From contig NW_024704742.1 in NCBI RefSeq assembly GCF_018977255.1, forward strand, positions 8,806,001-8,870,000: a DNA stretch of 64,000 bases, written 5' to 3'. The position numbers and the translations under genes are program-made. The DNA comes from Callorhinchus milii (taxonomy: Eukaryota). Under the pieces are notes generated by a model. That model was not told the DNA's origin and made no database searches. It saw only the letters and a list, made by a program, of their open reading frames with translations. Within the stretch, counting starts at the first letter, position 1, and each line of letters opens with the position of its first letter. This document shows positions 12,640-25,175 of the stretch, one piece after another.

Positions 12640-13975
12640 ATGAGGAAAGACACAACTTCATATAATAAATCCTCAAACTCCACAGCGTATCTTTGTGATA
12701 GTATTCACCTTTGGAATCTTTAGGGTTTTTCATTGAGTATGTTTTTTTTAATGCCCTTTAATTGTTTGTGATCTTTTCTATTATTTTTTCCCAAACACAT
12801 GCCACTTGAAGCTTTCACGGCCAAACACTGCTGATAAACACTCCTTTTCCATTTGGGCATATTTTGTTTCAGATAGTGCGCTTGATGTATAAGCTATGGT
12901 ATATTTTCCTTGTGTCAATATTGCTCGTATCCCTGCTTCACTTGCATCTACAAATACTTACATCATAAAATGTCAATATGGAGGCTTTCAAAATAGCGTC
13001 TATTATTCTATTAAATGTCTGCTTTTCTCTTTATTGGTTCCATAACCTCTCACCTTCAGTTTGAACTGAGCCATCGAGTTTACCATCCCCATTAATCCAT
13101 TTACTCCTCTTGTCTGTGGGTGCTGGTATTTTAGTGATTGCTTCTACTTTCTGTGGATCTATTTTCAACCCTTCATGTATAATTATGTGCCCCAAATTCT
13201 TCTGTTACTATTATCTTGCACTTATAATAATAATAAACCTTGCATTTGATATAGCGACTTATCACGTCTTCAAGTCATCGCAAATTGCTTCACAGCACTT
13301 CACGGAATATACTGTAAAGTGAATTGACTCTATACTTTGTGGGCGAAACACAGCAAACAATTACACACTAATGTCCCACAAACAGTTGTGCAGTGAGTGA
13401 CAAATTTTTTTTTTTTTTTGAATGAATGAATTATTACTCCCGGAAAAGTGATCCGCCGATTGCCTAACAGCTGGGTTCATATTTATTGCTAGGTAAACAG
13501 AGGTGTGTGGATTAAAGAAACTTGCCCACCATTACGCCTTGCCGGGAATCGAACCCAGGTCTCTCGCTCGCCCTAACCACTGAGGTACAGGACTCCACTT
13601 CTCTCTGTTCAGTTTAACATTTTGTTTGAAACATTTCCAATGTACTCTTTCTTCACCTGTCCTTCCATACATCATCAATGTAATTTATAACACCTGGTAT
13701 TCCTTCAAGTAATTTCTTTTGAAATATTTCCTGGGCCGATTTTCTGCCCAAACGCATTCTCTGGAATTCATATCTTCCATATGATGTAAAAAATAATAAT
13801 AATAATCTTTGCATTTGATATAGCGCCTTATCGAGACATCTCAAAGCGCTGCACAGAATATTCTGTAAAGTGAATTGATTGCTTATTTTGTGCGCAAAAA
13901 TATTGTCAAGTACACACTGTCAACTTGTTCTGCCAATATCCCAATGAATGTGCAAAGAATTTTGCATCAAGCAAT
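12640..13975 (-). mobile_element. Decayed Gypsy/Ty3 LTR-retrotransposon pol remnant (RT and RNase H), interrupted by SINEs
   Basis: Minus-strand fragments in pol order: LDA...GYWQ, GRYEFQRM..G.KSAQEIFQK..LEGIPGVINYIDDV, GLMGMVNSMAQF, FVDASEAGIRAILTQ..IAYTSSALSETKYAQMEKECLSAVFG, DHKQL; stops and frameshifts. Confidence 0.85.
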
Positions 13976-14649
13976 GTTTAAATTTTGTTTTGGTCAACCA
14001 GGTATCTGACTCACACGGAAATCCATCACAGCAACAACAACAACTTGGATTTATATAGCGCCCTCCACGCCGGACGGCATCTCAGAACATCACCATGCTT
14101 AACAGCCTCCAAATCAATCTGAGAACTCCATGAATCCCTTCTACACATGGAAGAGATAGATTGTTGAAATGGAATCGCACTCTCTCCCTGGTGGGGCGCA
14201 ACCTGTTTACCTAATTAGAGTGTGCGTTGGGGTAACTGCTGGAGTCCGACAAGCAAAATCGCATAGCTTGCCATTGATATTGTGGGGGCAAGCGTTCCTG
14301 CTGCTTATTCAGCTTGGACCACCCTGCATGTTGGGGCTTTGCCTTGTAGGGTTAACAGGAGCTGAGTGGGAGGATTCCCTAACCCCAGTGACTGGTCGGC
14401 CCTTCCAGATGCTGCCGATGAGCCAGGCTGTCTGTGCTGTCATGAGCAGTGCCCTGGAATACTGTGGACTCACTCGGCTGAGGAAACGAACTGGAGACCA
14501 TCACAGAGGGTTGGCTCGATGCTGACATTCCATTGCCAGGCATGTCACCTTGGTGCCAGATAAGTGTTCTCATTTTATGGCCTTGTTTAGTTGTCGTGGG
14601 TCTATACATATTCACGACTTATTTGTTATTTCACTCGACATTTTTACAC

Positions 14650-17421
14650 AAATTCCAGGAAATGTTATTTTGTTGCACGTTTGTGCAGGAATCACAGCAA
14701 AAGCAATTTTGTTCGACATTTGTACTGAAACCACTCAAAATTTCAATTTCACTTGACATTTTTACAGACATTCCATGACTGGACCAGGCTGTCACACACA
14801 GTGACTGAGCCAGGCTGTCACACACAGTGACTGAGCCAGGCTGACACACACGGTGACTGAGCCAGGCTGACACACACAGTGACTGAGCCAGGCTGTCACA
14901 CACAGTGACTGAGCCAGGCTGTCACACACAGTGACTGAGCCAGGCTGACACACACAGTGACTGAGCCAGGCTGTCACACACAGTGACTGAGCCAGGCTGT
15001 CACACACAGTGACTCAGCCAGGCTGACACACACAGTGACTGAGCCAGGCTGTCACACACAGTGACTGAGCCAGGCTGTCACACACAGTGACTGAGCCAGG
15101 CTGTCACACACAGTGACTGAGCCAGGCTGACACACACAGTGACTGAGCCAGGCTGTCACACACAGTGACTGAGCCAGGCTGACACACACGGTGACTGAGC
15201 CAGGCTGTCACACACAGTGACTGAGCCAGGCTGTCACACACAGTGACTGAGCCAGGCTGACACACACAGTGACTGAGCCAGGCTGTCACACACAGTGACT
15301 GAGCCAGGCTGTCACACACAGTGACTGAGCCAGGCTGTCACACACAGTGACTGAGCCAGGCTGACACACACACAGTGACTGAGCCAGGCTGTCACACACA
15401 GTGACTGAGCCAGGCTGACACACACAGTGACTGAGCCAGGCTGTCACACACACAGTGACTGAGCCAGGCTGACACACACAGTGACTGAGCCAGGCTGACA
15501 CACACAGTGACTGAGCCAGGCTGACACACACACAGTGACTGAGCCAGGCTGTCACACACAGTGACTGAGCCAGGCTGACACACACAGTGACTGAGCCAGG
15601 CTGTCACACACAGTGACTGAGCCAGGCTGACACACACACAGTGACTGAGCCAGGCTGTCACACACAGTGACTGAGCCAGGCTGACACACACAGTGACTGA
15701 GCCAGGCTGACACACACAGTGACTGAGCCAGGCTGTCACACACAGTGACTGAGCCCGGCTGACACACACACACACAGTGACTGAGCCAGGCTGTCACACA
15801 CAGTGACTGAGCCAGGCTGACACACACACAGACACACTGAGCCAGGCTGACACACACACACAGTGACTGAGCCAGGCTGACACACACACACAGTGACTGA
15901 GCCAGGCTGTCACACACACAGTGACTGAGCCAGGCTGTCACACACAGTGACTGAGCCAGGCTGACACACACACAGTGACTGAGCCAGGCTGACACACACA
16001 GTGACTGAGCCAGGCTGACACACACAGTGACTGAGCCAGGCTGTCACACACAGTGACTGAGCCAGGCTGATACACACAGTGACTGAGCCAGGCTGACACA
16101 CACAGTGACTGAGCCAGGCTGACACACACAGTGACTGAGCCAGGCTGTCACACACAGTGACTGAGCCAGGCTGATACACACAGTGACTGAGCCAGGCTGT
16201 CACACACAGTGACTGAGCCAGGCTGACACACACAGTGACTGAGCCAGGCTGTCACACACAGTGACTGAGCCAGGCTGTCACACACACGTGACTGAGCCAG
16301 GCTGACACACACACAGTGACTGAGCCAGGCTGTCACACACAGTGACTGAGCCAGGCTGTCACACACACTGTGACTGAGCCAGGCTGACACACACACAGTG
16401 ACTGAGCCAGGCTGTCACACACAGTGACTGAGCCAGGCTGACACACACAGTGACTGAGCCAGGCTGACACACACAGTGACTGAGCCAGGCTGTCACACAC
16501 AGTGACTGAGCCAGGCTCTCACACACAGTGACTGAGCCAGGCTGACACACACAGTGACTGAGCCAGGCTGTCACACACACAGTGACTGAGCCAGGCTGAC
16601 ACACACACAGTGACTGAGCCAGGCTGTCACACACACAGTGACTGAGCCAGGCTGACACACACACACAGTGACTGAGCCAGGCTGACACACACACAGTGAC
16701 TGAGCCAGGCTGACACACACACACAGTGACTGAGCCAGGCTGTCACACACAGTGACTGAGCCAGGCTGTCACACACAGTGACTGAGCCAGGCTGACACAC
16801 ACACACAGTGACTGAGCCAGGCTGTCACACACAGTGACTGAGCCAGGCTGTCACACACAGTGACTGAGCCAGGCTGTCACACACAGTGACTGAGCCAGGC
16901 TGACACACACACACAGTGACTGAGCCAGGCTGACACACACACAGTGACTGAGCCAGGCTGACACACACAGTGACTGAGCCAGGCTGTCACACACAGTGAC
17001 TGAGCCAGGCTGTCACACACAGTGACTGAGCCAGGCTGACACACACACACAGTGACTGAGCCAGGCTGTCACACACAGTGACTGAGCCAGGCTGTCACAC
17101 ACAGTGACTGAGCCAGGCTGTCACACACAGTGACTGAGCCAGGCTGTCACACACACAGTGACTGAGCCAGGCTGACACACACAGTGACTGAGCCAGGCTG
17201 ACACACACACACAGTGACTGAGCCAGGCTGTCACACACACAGTGACTGAGCCAGGCTGACACACACACACAGTGACTGAGCCAGGCTGTCACACACAGTG
17301 ACTGAGCCAGGCTGACACACACAGTGTGTTCAAGTTCAAATTTCAGTACAAATGTTGAGTAAAATTGTGTTTGATGCGATTTCTGCACAAACATGCAACA
17401 AAATAACATTTCATGGAATTT
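14650..17421. repeat. 81-bp inverted repeat pair (14650-14730 and 17341-17421) enclosing the minisatellite
   Basis: Ungapped alignment of the left arm to the reverse complement of the right arm with 10 mismatches in 81. Confidence 0.9.
14776..17326. repeat. Minisatellite, roughly 90-95 units of GTGACTGAGCCAGGCTG(T/A)(CA)n, 26-32 bp
   Basis: Direct reading; explains the repetitive CDSLAQSLCV ORFs. Confidence 0.98.
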
Positions 17422-18089
17422 CTGCGGATATGTGAATCACAAGCAGGGAATACCTCAAAAATCCCGATAGAGGCAGACCACAATACAATACAAAATTATA
17501 TATTTCACATTGGAGGACGTCCCTACGCGCTGGACAGTGAGGGTGGGGGGGGAGGGACAGTAGGAGAGTGGCCAAAGGCACGGTCAAGGAGGAGGGTCGA
17601 GATGCGCCTTGAAGGAGGCAAGGGTGGGAGCGAGGCGGGATGTGCGATGAAGTTCCAAAGGGTGGGCAGAGAAGCTGAAAGCCCGACCACTGATGGCGGG
17701 GGGGACAAGGCAGGGAACATGGAGTAGGCCAGGGCCGCTGAGTGGAGGGAGTGGACAGGTTGATATGGGGTTAGCAGGTCACAGAGGTAGGAAGGAACAA
17801 GGCCGTGGAGGCTTACTCTCTACTGCCAACAGTCCCGAAGGGAGCAAGCCTGTGGGTTCACAGTCTCTGTCAGTCTCCTGCAACCGCTCTGACAGGCACT
17901 CACCCTCACAATTTGCCCTGCTGTGTGCTCAACTTGGTCAGCCATGTGGTCTTGGCCTCAGGCTTCTTCCCTCGGCGTCCTGGTTCAAGGGCTCTTTCTT
18001 GAAGCCCCAGAGACACAGACATGGGGCCTGGATGGTTTACCCAGAATGTGATAGTGTTTTTCTGAGTGAGCTCGGATTACAACTATATG

Positions 18090-19070
18090 TGTACATGTAT
18101 GAAGATGACACCTAACTCTATCTCTCTGCCTTCACCCTCGACTCCAGGTCCACTGCTGTCCTGACAGAATGTCTGTCAGACATCAAGTCCTGGATGAGAG
18201 CCAACTTTCTACAGTTGAATGTCAACAAGACCGAGGCCCTCCAGATTGGCTCCCGTTAGCTCCTCCATACATCAGGCACTGACAGCATCACCATCCATGG
18301 TTACACACTCCACTTTACTAAGCCAGTCCAGAACCTTGGCATCTTGTTTGACCCTCAACTATCCTTTCTACCCCACATCCGTGCCATGACACCCTTTGCC
18401 AGCCCCCACCTCTGCAACAACACCCGGCTCTGCCACTGCCTCACCCCTCAGGCCGCCAAAACCCTCATCCACGCATTCATTACATTTAGACTCAACTACG
18501 CCAACACCCTGCTTGTCGGCCTTCTCAACTTTTTCCTCCACACACTGCAGATCATCCAGAACTCTGCAGTTCGTATCCTCTCCCTCAAAAAGCTCCATGA
18601 CCCCCTCACCCACACCCCGCCTGGCTCCACTGGCTCCCCAACCCCCAGAAGATAGAGTTCAAAATCCTCATCCTCGCCTCCAAGGCCCTCCATGGCCTTG
18701 CTCCTTCCTATCTCTGCAACTTGCTGACCCCATATCAACTTGTCCGCTCCCTCCGCTCAGCAGGGTCTGGCCTGCTCCACGTGCCCTGCCAGGCCCGCTC
18801 TAACATTGGCGGCCGAGCCTTCAGCCTTTCTGCCTCCACCCTATTGAACACCATCCCACATTCCCTTCACCTTGCTCCCTCCCTTGTCTCCTTCCAGGCA
18901 CGTCTCAAAACCCTCCTATTCGACCTAGCCTTCAGCCACCCTCCTATCCTCCTTGCCCTCCACCCGCCCCAATCCCCAACTCGGGTCCAAATCCCTTACT
19001 GTCCAGAAAGATGTCCTCCCGATGTGACAGGTGCCATACAAATGTAACTTTGTATTGTATTGTATTGCAT
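18090..19070 (+). mobile_element. L2 LINE 3' fragment (older, diverged copy)
   Basis: YEDDT, FDPQLSFLPHI, TLIHAFITFRLNYAN..L.GL, IGGRAFS, LKTLLF; L2 tail. Confidence 0.85.
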
Positions 19071-19404
19071 ATAATACGCAGATGAATACACTAACAATTC
19101 CAGGAAAGGAGGTTTCTGAAGAGACATCACTTTCACAAGAGACAAGAAGTACTGTGGGGAAGGGACAGTACTTCATGTACACTTTATTCTAACATGTTAT
19201 TCTTGCTTATTACATCAGTATTTAGGAGGAACAAGATAAGCAAAGAGCACTCCTTGTTCTCAGTGAATAGTGATATAAGAGGATCCATGAATAAGCTTTA
19301 TCCTGTGTTTGAGTGCAACCATTGCTTTACACGGAAACACTTGAAACACGTTTAATTCTTTATCTGTTGGTTGACACATTCATTCTATGTTTCACATTCC
19401 TCAA

Positions 19405-19436
19405 TGAGTCATTGACCAGCCTTTCCTTTATATAAA
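19405..19436 (+). promoter_or_regulatory. SPINK-A promoter: AP-1 site and TATA box
   Basis: TGAGTCA 19405-19411; TATATAAA 19429-19436, 80 bp before the ATG. Confidence 0.75.
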
Positions 19437-19515
19437 CCAGCACCGGTATCAGCAGTTTACACTGACAGACACGCAGACAATTACTAACAACAGTCAACAT
19501 TTCTGCTGCAGCAAC

Positions 19516-19570
19516 ATGAAATCCTTGCCAGCTTTTGCTCTTGTTTCCATGTTCCTCGTCTGTGCTGTGG
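19516..19570 (+). CDS. Kazal-type serine protease inhibitor A (SPINK-like, 81 aa) exon 1, signal peptide MKSLPAFALVSMFLVCAV
   Basis: GCAACATG context, hydrophobic leader, G|GTAAG donor, 55 bp phase 1. Confidence 0.9.
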
Positions 19571-21190
19571 GTAAGTTCCTTTGTGGATTTTGATTTCTAA
19601 CATTAGGTTTTTTATTTGCTTCTATTTTATAGGTGTTAGTCTGTACCTGCAAAACACAGCCTTTCCACTTTAAGATGCGCTATTGTATAATGTAAAAATA
19701 TCCCAGGTTGGTTTGGGTCAGGACTGTGGGGGACATAAGCTGAGAGAGAAAAATAAAAGAATTACAATATTGGACGTAAGATGATTTCTGAAAAGCGTAG
19801 CACAGTTGAAGGTGATTGGGTCTGAAAGGACTGGTAGTCTTATCAACTCGCCCCTTTAACTGCTTCGCGATACTGCATTTCCAATAATGATAATTCTAAT
19901 GAATGATTATTATCAGTGCCTTGGGACGTCCTCCCGACGTGAAAAGCGCTCTATAAGTGTAATTTTGTTGTTGTTGTTGTTATCATTATCAATTAACTCC
20001 CTTTTTTCCAGTAGTTGATTACGCACTTTGTAAAGAAAGAAATTCTGGTATCTGGCCTGAAATTGGCCTTTACAACTCAAAATACTTACAGGCTGCCGGG
20101 TCAAAATGTGGATTCCGCGCCGACCTCAAACAGACTACCGCACATCCTCACTCCAACAATCTTCGCACCCGTCCTCCCGAGGAGCAACATCAACATCATC
20201 GCAGATGGCAGCAGGGGGAGAGGGGGTGGTGGGGGTGGCGGGGCTGAGAGAGGAGAGAGCGAAGGGGACTCGTCTCTGTGTATTATCCTCCTGATGTGAA
20301 AGGCACTGTACAAATGTAATTTTGTATTGTATGAATATGAAAAATACAATAAAACAAGAACAACAATTTACATTTGTAAAACACCTTTCACATCGGGAGG
20401 ACGTCCCACGGTGCTGAACAGTTAAGAGATTTGCACGCGAGCTGGGGTTGGGATCATGTGAAGACTGGGAGTAGGAGGGTGTCTGAAAGCACAGTCGAAG
20501 AGGAAGGTCTTGAGATGGGCCTTGAAGGAGGCAACGGAGGGAGCAAGGTGGAAGGACTGTGGGATGGAGTTCCAAAGGGTGTGGGCAGAGAGGCTAAAAA
20601 CTTGCTCTCCGATGGTGGGGTGGGATGGGATGGGCGGCGGACATGGAGCAGATCGAAGCCCGCTGAGCAGAGAAACCAGGAAAGACAACAGGAACATTCA
20701 AATAAAACATTTAGAGAATATAAAACAGGTTGAAAAGTACATGAAAATGATTGTTCTGGAAAATGATGGGTCTGAAAATTTCCAGTTTGAAACCTTTGCC
20801 TTAGTGTCACCAGCCAGCTCAGTACTTGTGTATTTGTTATGTGTGGATCATAACAAAATCCAACTTATATATAACTTTACATAAGTCATATATGGTACGA
20901 CTTGTGCAAGTTTGACACACTTTGCATAAGTCATATTAAATTTATGGTCCCAACTGATTTGACTTATGTGAGGTTTCCAGCGTGACCCAGAGAGCAATGA
21001 TATCTTTCAATATGAACATAAAGGAAATTAAAACTGGGAGAGATTATATTATTTGTATAAATGGAGAGGGGGCAAGGTGAAGGGATTGAGGGAGGGAGTT
21101 CTATGTAAAACACAAGGATTGTTATTATATTTGTTTTGATGATTAAGTAATTAACCTAACCTTTTTTTAACCCTTTGCATAATTTTAAAG

Positions 21191-21219
21191 AGGCCAGAAA
21201 ATATGTCACAGTCATTGAG
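21191..21219 (+). CDS. SPINK-A exon 2 (EARKYVTVIE)
   Basis: aag acceptor, GAG|GTAAG donor, 29 bp restores phase 0 for exon 3. Confidence 0.75.
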
Positions 21220-21326
21220 GTAAGATGATCTTTAATGTTTTAGGTAAACCGTGTGCCTTAAACTTTCATTTTACTTTGTGCGCATTTCTTTTTGAACAAC
21301 TGCAGTGATTGTGTTTTCTATTCCAG

Positions 21327-21442
21327 CCAAACTGTGAGAAGTACAGAGAAATGTTCCCAGCTTGTCCACTGAACTTCCGGCCTGTCTGTGGATCTGACGG
21401 TGTGACCTATGACAATGAATGCATGCTCTGTTTCACTAACTG
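21327..21442 (+). CDS. SPINK-A exon 3, Kazal core [39 protein letters not shown]
   Basis: ttccag acceptor, gtaaa donor; C-x7-C-x10-C-x2-C spacing, [13 protein letters not shown] motif. Confidence 0.95.
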
Positions 21443-22927
21443 GTAAACATAAACACATATCTCTGCTTTCTTTAAGAGCAGTTCTGTGTTCTTTAAGAGG
21501 AGCTGCCGTGTGACATAAGTAAAATGGGAAATGTTTGAACATCAGCAGCGCAGCAATGCAAGGCAGATAGCATTGAGTTAAAGTATCCGACAGTGTTACA
21601 GCACACACACAAACCAACCATTACATCCATCACATCCGCAGTGATGTAATCAGAATCGTAAAATCTTACAGCAAAAAGGAGGGCATTTGACCCATCGCGC
21701 CTGTGAATAGCTACCAACTCCCCCGCTCTTACCCCATACCTTGCACGTTTTTCGTTTTTAAGTATCTGTCCAATTCCTTTTTGAAAGCTATTAGCGAATC
21801 TGTTTCCACCATCCTTTCAGGCAGTGCATTTCAGACTGTAACAACTCTCTGGGTAAACAAAATTCTCCTGGTCTCCCCTCTGTTTCTTTTGCCAATTATT
21901 TTAAATCTGTGTCCTCTGGTTACTGCCCACCTGCTAAAGAAAACAGTTTCTCCTTATCTACTCTGTCAAAACCCCTCATGATTTTGAACCTCTGTATTAA
22001 ATCTCCCCTCAACTTTCTCTGCTCAAAGGAAAACAATCGCAGCCACTTTCGTGTCTCCACATAATTGAAGTCCCTCATCTCTGGTATCATTATAGTAAAT
22101 CTCCTCTTCACTCTCTCCAAGGTCCTGACATCCTTCCTAAAGTGTGGTGCCCAGAATTGGACACTTTACTCCCTGTTCTTATACTCTGTCTCTATTTATA
22201 AAGCCATGGATCATGTATGCTGTTAGAACAGCTTTGTCAATTTGTCCTGCACCCTTCAAAGATTTGTGTGTGCGAATCTCCAGGTCTCTCTGTTCCTGCA
22301 CCAGGTCATAAGCCTCCTTTTCCTGTTTCATTTTAATCCCAGTTTATTTAGTCATCAGGGAGCACAGCTTTGGATGCCCCACATAGGAATGTGTTCAGTT
22401 TTGAAGATGCTTAAAATCAAGCAGCTAAGATCACTGCACAGCAATGCGTGTTTAATTTTGTAATCCTTGCATTTGATATAGCACTTTTCACGCCTTTTCG
22501 ACGTCTCAAAGCGCTTCACAGAATATACTGTAAAGTGAATTGACTGAACATTTGTGGGCAAAACGCGGCAGCCAATTGTGCACAGCAGTGTCCCACAAAC
22601 AGTCGTGGATTGAAGTGACCAATTCATTATTTTTTTGAGGAATTATTATCAGGCGTGTGGAGTAAGGAAACTTGCCCAAGGTTTCTCCCTGACCTGCCGG
22701 GAATCAAACCCAGGTCTCTCCTTGCAAAGCGTTTACACATTATGCGTGTAAACATAAACACACATCTCTAGTTTCTTTAAGAGCAGTTCTGTGTTCTTTA
22801 AGAGGACCTGTTATGTGACATAAGTAAAATGGGAAATGTTTGAACATCAGCTTGAACAACAATCATATTAAACAACAATTCAATTAAGATTTTGATTTCA
22901 GCACAACTGATGTTCTCTACATTTCAG

Positions 22928-22973
22928 GAAACTCAAGGAAGATGTTGTTATTGAGAAGCTTGAAGAATGTTGA
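22928..22973 (+). CDS. SPINK-A exon 4 (KLKEDVVIEKLEEC*)
   Basis: tttcag acceptor; supplies the sixth Cys 17 residues after Cys5; candidate AATAAA at 23235-23240. Confidence 0.9.
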
Positions 22974-23562
22974 GCTAAATCTCACAAGAATCTAAGCAGT
23001 CTCCGGGTAACCAGGACATCTGTGAATCCAAATCACATCAATTCTCATCAATTCTAGTTAATCACCATTTGTTTGCAATGATTAGCCAAGTAGACTATTT
23101 ACAAAATGTTGACTTGCATAGACATTTTACTAAAAAGTTTTGCACTGTGAAACAATACAATGTACAATAGTTTAACTATTTAAGTTAGTGATGTTCACAC
23201 TGGTCCTATCCAACTCCTCTTTTCTAACAGCCATAATAAATGAGTCTTTGCACCTCACTGATTTTACAAATGATCTGTTATTTTTCAATGATTTCTGTTT
23301 TGAAGCAGGAAGTTGGACCAACATGTTTTCCGCTGAGCCTCAGCCTCCTCCCCACTCTGTGCAGGTCCAGCAGTGACTCTAGTCTCTATCCCAGTGGTCA
23401 AGTTTGGCCGGGGCCTGGAGATGACTTGAAGTTATCAGAGCCCACACGCACTGTTTCCTCAGCTCATTGCCTACACATAATCACTGAACCCTTTCCTCTC
23501 CTTCCCCCACACTCTCCCCTGCCCCACAGACATTCTTCACAATCAGCATTTTTTGGGCTGTA

Positions 23563-24233
23563 CAGTAAAACTTGCGTAAGTCTGATCTGTATAAATTGTA
23601 CAATCTGCCCAAGTCCCGTTCAATTTCCTATTAAATCCACTTAAATTTACCTGCACTAGTCGTATTAACAGTCACACAACTCGTAACCCTGCTACCTCAC
23701 TAACAGTAACAGTTTCCTGTTCTGTACTGCACATGTACAGAAGATGAGGGTTTGACCAGTTGTTGTTGGATGAGGGGGATCAGGCACAGTGAATTGAGGG
23801 TTTATGTCTGACTTAACATATTCTTAAGAAGTGATTGATGATTCAGTTAAAGTGTTAATACTGTAGTTCTTTGTAAGAGTGTATATTCTAATAAAACAGT
23901 TCTGTTTTGAAACTTGTTTGGTTTTGCTATTCATTGTACAATATACATTTTCTGCACATGAGGATCGGTATTGTGCAGAACTGCATATAGAAAGAATATG
24001 TGATCATTGCTTTAATATGCATGGGTTAAACATGGAATATTGCCTTAATGTCATCAGCCAGTTCAGTACTTGTGCATTTATGTTATGTGTTAAGTCATAC
24101 AAAATTTGACTTATACATAACTTTACATAAGTCATATATGATACGACTTGTGCATGTTTCATATAACTCATACTTTGCATAAGTCATATTACAAGTATGG
24201 TCCCAATTGTTAAGACTCATGCAAGGTTTACTA
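23563..24233. mobile_element. Non-autonomous Tc1/mariner (pogo/Tigger-like) MITE, family 2; partial copies at about 6300-6445, 7885-8245, 20790-20980, 46610-46680
   Basis: TA|CAGTAAAACTTGCGTAAGTC ... GACTCATGCAAGGTTTACTA|TA: terminal inverted repeats flanked by TA. Confidence 0.75.
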
Positions 24234-25175
24234 TACTTTGCTCTTCCATCATGTTTAATGGAAACATCATAAAGGTTAAAATTGGGCACATAAAATAACA
24301 ATAATGACAACAATAATAGCAGAAGAGTCAACAACAGCAAAGCCATATCCTCTCAAAAAGTATTGGTTTATTATAAACATATTGGATAGCACAGAAATTG
24401 AAATTAAAATTGATGATTTAAAGGGATAATTAAATAGGATTTTACTCCGCACCCCATCACACCAGTTCTAGCCATGCTACACTGGCTCCCTATCGCTGAA
24501 AGGATCGATTTCAAGAGCCTCACACTAGTTTTCAAATCTCTTAGTGCCCTGGCACTTCCCTACCCCTCTGACTTGATTATCCCCCAACCAACAACCCGCT
24601 ACCTCCGCTCAACTGGCTCCAGCTTCCTATATGTCCCCCGTGCCCTCCGTTCCACCATTGGTGGCTGCGTTTTCAGCCGCTACATCCCGAAACTCTGGAA
24701 TATTCTTCCTCTATCCCTCCGCCTTGTCATTTCCTTCCCCATCTTCAGGTCGCTCCTGGAAATCATCCTAATCAATGGCCACCCCCGCACTCCCCGCAGC
24801 TTGGCATCGTCTGAGTCTCTGCCACTGTCAAGCGCTGTGCGACACTGCCCTGCATGAGGGGCGTTATATAAATGCAAGTTTTTGTTTACCAAATGTGGAG
24901 ATCTCAAATGGTACACACAACTGAAAGCCTTGGTGCTGAATTCAGACTTGAGCTATCACAACTGAATTGGTGATTGCAAATTTATTTGGACTTTTTATAA
25001 TGTACTAGATGTACCCGTTGCAAATTCATTTGCAACCAAAGGATTCACTATGAAATGTAGATTGACACAGGCAGACACACAGACAGATATTTTGTTTAGG
25101 CATTATCCAAGGTCCTGGAATGAGTTGTCGCCTCCCAGCTGCGCTCTTTCCTCTCCAACCATTCATTATTCAAAC

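Noticed and set aside
14776..17326. CRISPR-like array or Cys-rich repeat protein ORFs
   Set aside because: No unique spacers, no cas genes, vertebrate context; the ORFs are translations of the tandem repeat
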